This document shows, in pieces, positions 25,737 to 26,006 of a stretch of DNA of 26,006 nt. Below the pieces are notes generated by a model that saw only the letters and a program-made list of their open reading frames with translations, had not been told where the DNA came from and did no database searches. A program made the translations under genes and the position numbers. How positions within the stretch are numbered: the first letter of the stretch is position 1; each line of letters opens with the position of its first letter. This stretch comes from a virus (Duplodnaviria > Caudoviricetes): positions 1 to 26,006 of the IMG/VR virus record IMGVR_UViG_3300044448_004153; one strand, 5' to 3'.

Positions 25737-25765
25737 ATATTAAACAATATTATTAATATATGCAA
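25737..25765 (-). promoter_or_regulatory. Candidate strong sigma70 promoter for the leftward small-gene operon
   Basis: Minus strand TTGCAT-N17-TAATAT with AT-rich upstream sequence. Confidence 0.65.
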
Positions 25766-26006
25766 CACTTTATTTTACATTAATTATATATAATACCTTT
25801 TATATATGTTTTTTTTGAGCGCGTCCGATCAAATGTAGTTAACCGATTTAAATGTATTTATGATTTTCACGTTTAAATTTGCGTATTAACTACCGATTGC
25901 ATATTATTACCTCAATGGTATGAGAACAAATGATTCGATTTGAAATTAAATCTGGCCTTTTTAATCACAATAAAGCCGAACCACAAGGACAGATTTTTGC
26001 CTGCGA

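Larger units (their letters stand above)
1..26006. mobile_element. Segment of a temperate siphovirus-like bacteriophage genome or prophage
   Basis: Tail, lysis, integrase and replication modules; no sheath gene and no host genes seen. Confidence 0.93.

Noticed and set aside
25800-26006. Short CCGAT(C/T)..AAATGTA repeats in the AT-rich right end as a cos/pac or att site
   Set aside because: Only two or three loose copies in low-complexity DNA at the window edge; insufficient support.

Overview
About 26 kb of an AT-rich tailed-phage (Caudoviricetes) genome; probably temperate, siphovirus-like and infecting a bacterium. No host genes, rRNA, tRNA or CRISPR array are visible. Left to right: a 5'-truncated tail fibre with a C-terminal S74 chaperone domain; a run of small membrane/coiled-coil genes ending in a lysozyme-like endolysin; neck/tail-completion genes, tail tube, a tail assembly chaperone with a clear -1 frameshift, tape measure and tail-tip genes; a leftward tyrosine recombinase divergent from an XRE-HTH gene that heads a replication/DNA-metabolism operon (SSB, Holliday junction resolvase, DUF1599, GIY-YIG+RHH, PD-(D/E)XK nuclease, short C5-methyltransferase, primase, RecA-type helicase); an iteron-like repeat cluster; and a convergent leftward array of small, mostly acidic genes. 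Most notable: (1) a bipartite motif ACCCT-N9-AATATAAA in 13 same-orientation copies at 22210-24818; (2) a 20-bp junction box shared between the small leftward genes, suggesting a shuffled cassette array; (3) a TOPRIM domain that appears split between the primase and helicase ORFs; (4) an unannotated pair of paralogous Cys4/Arg-tail proteins. All calls come from motif reading by eye; no database search was run.
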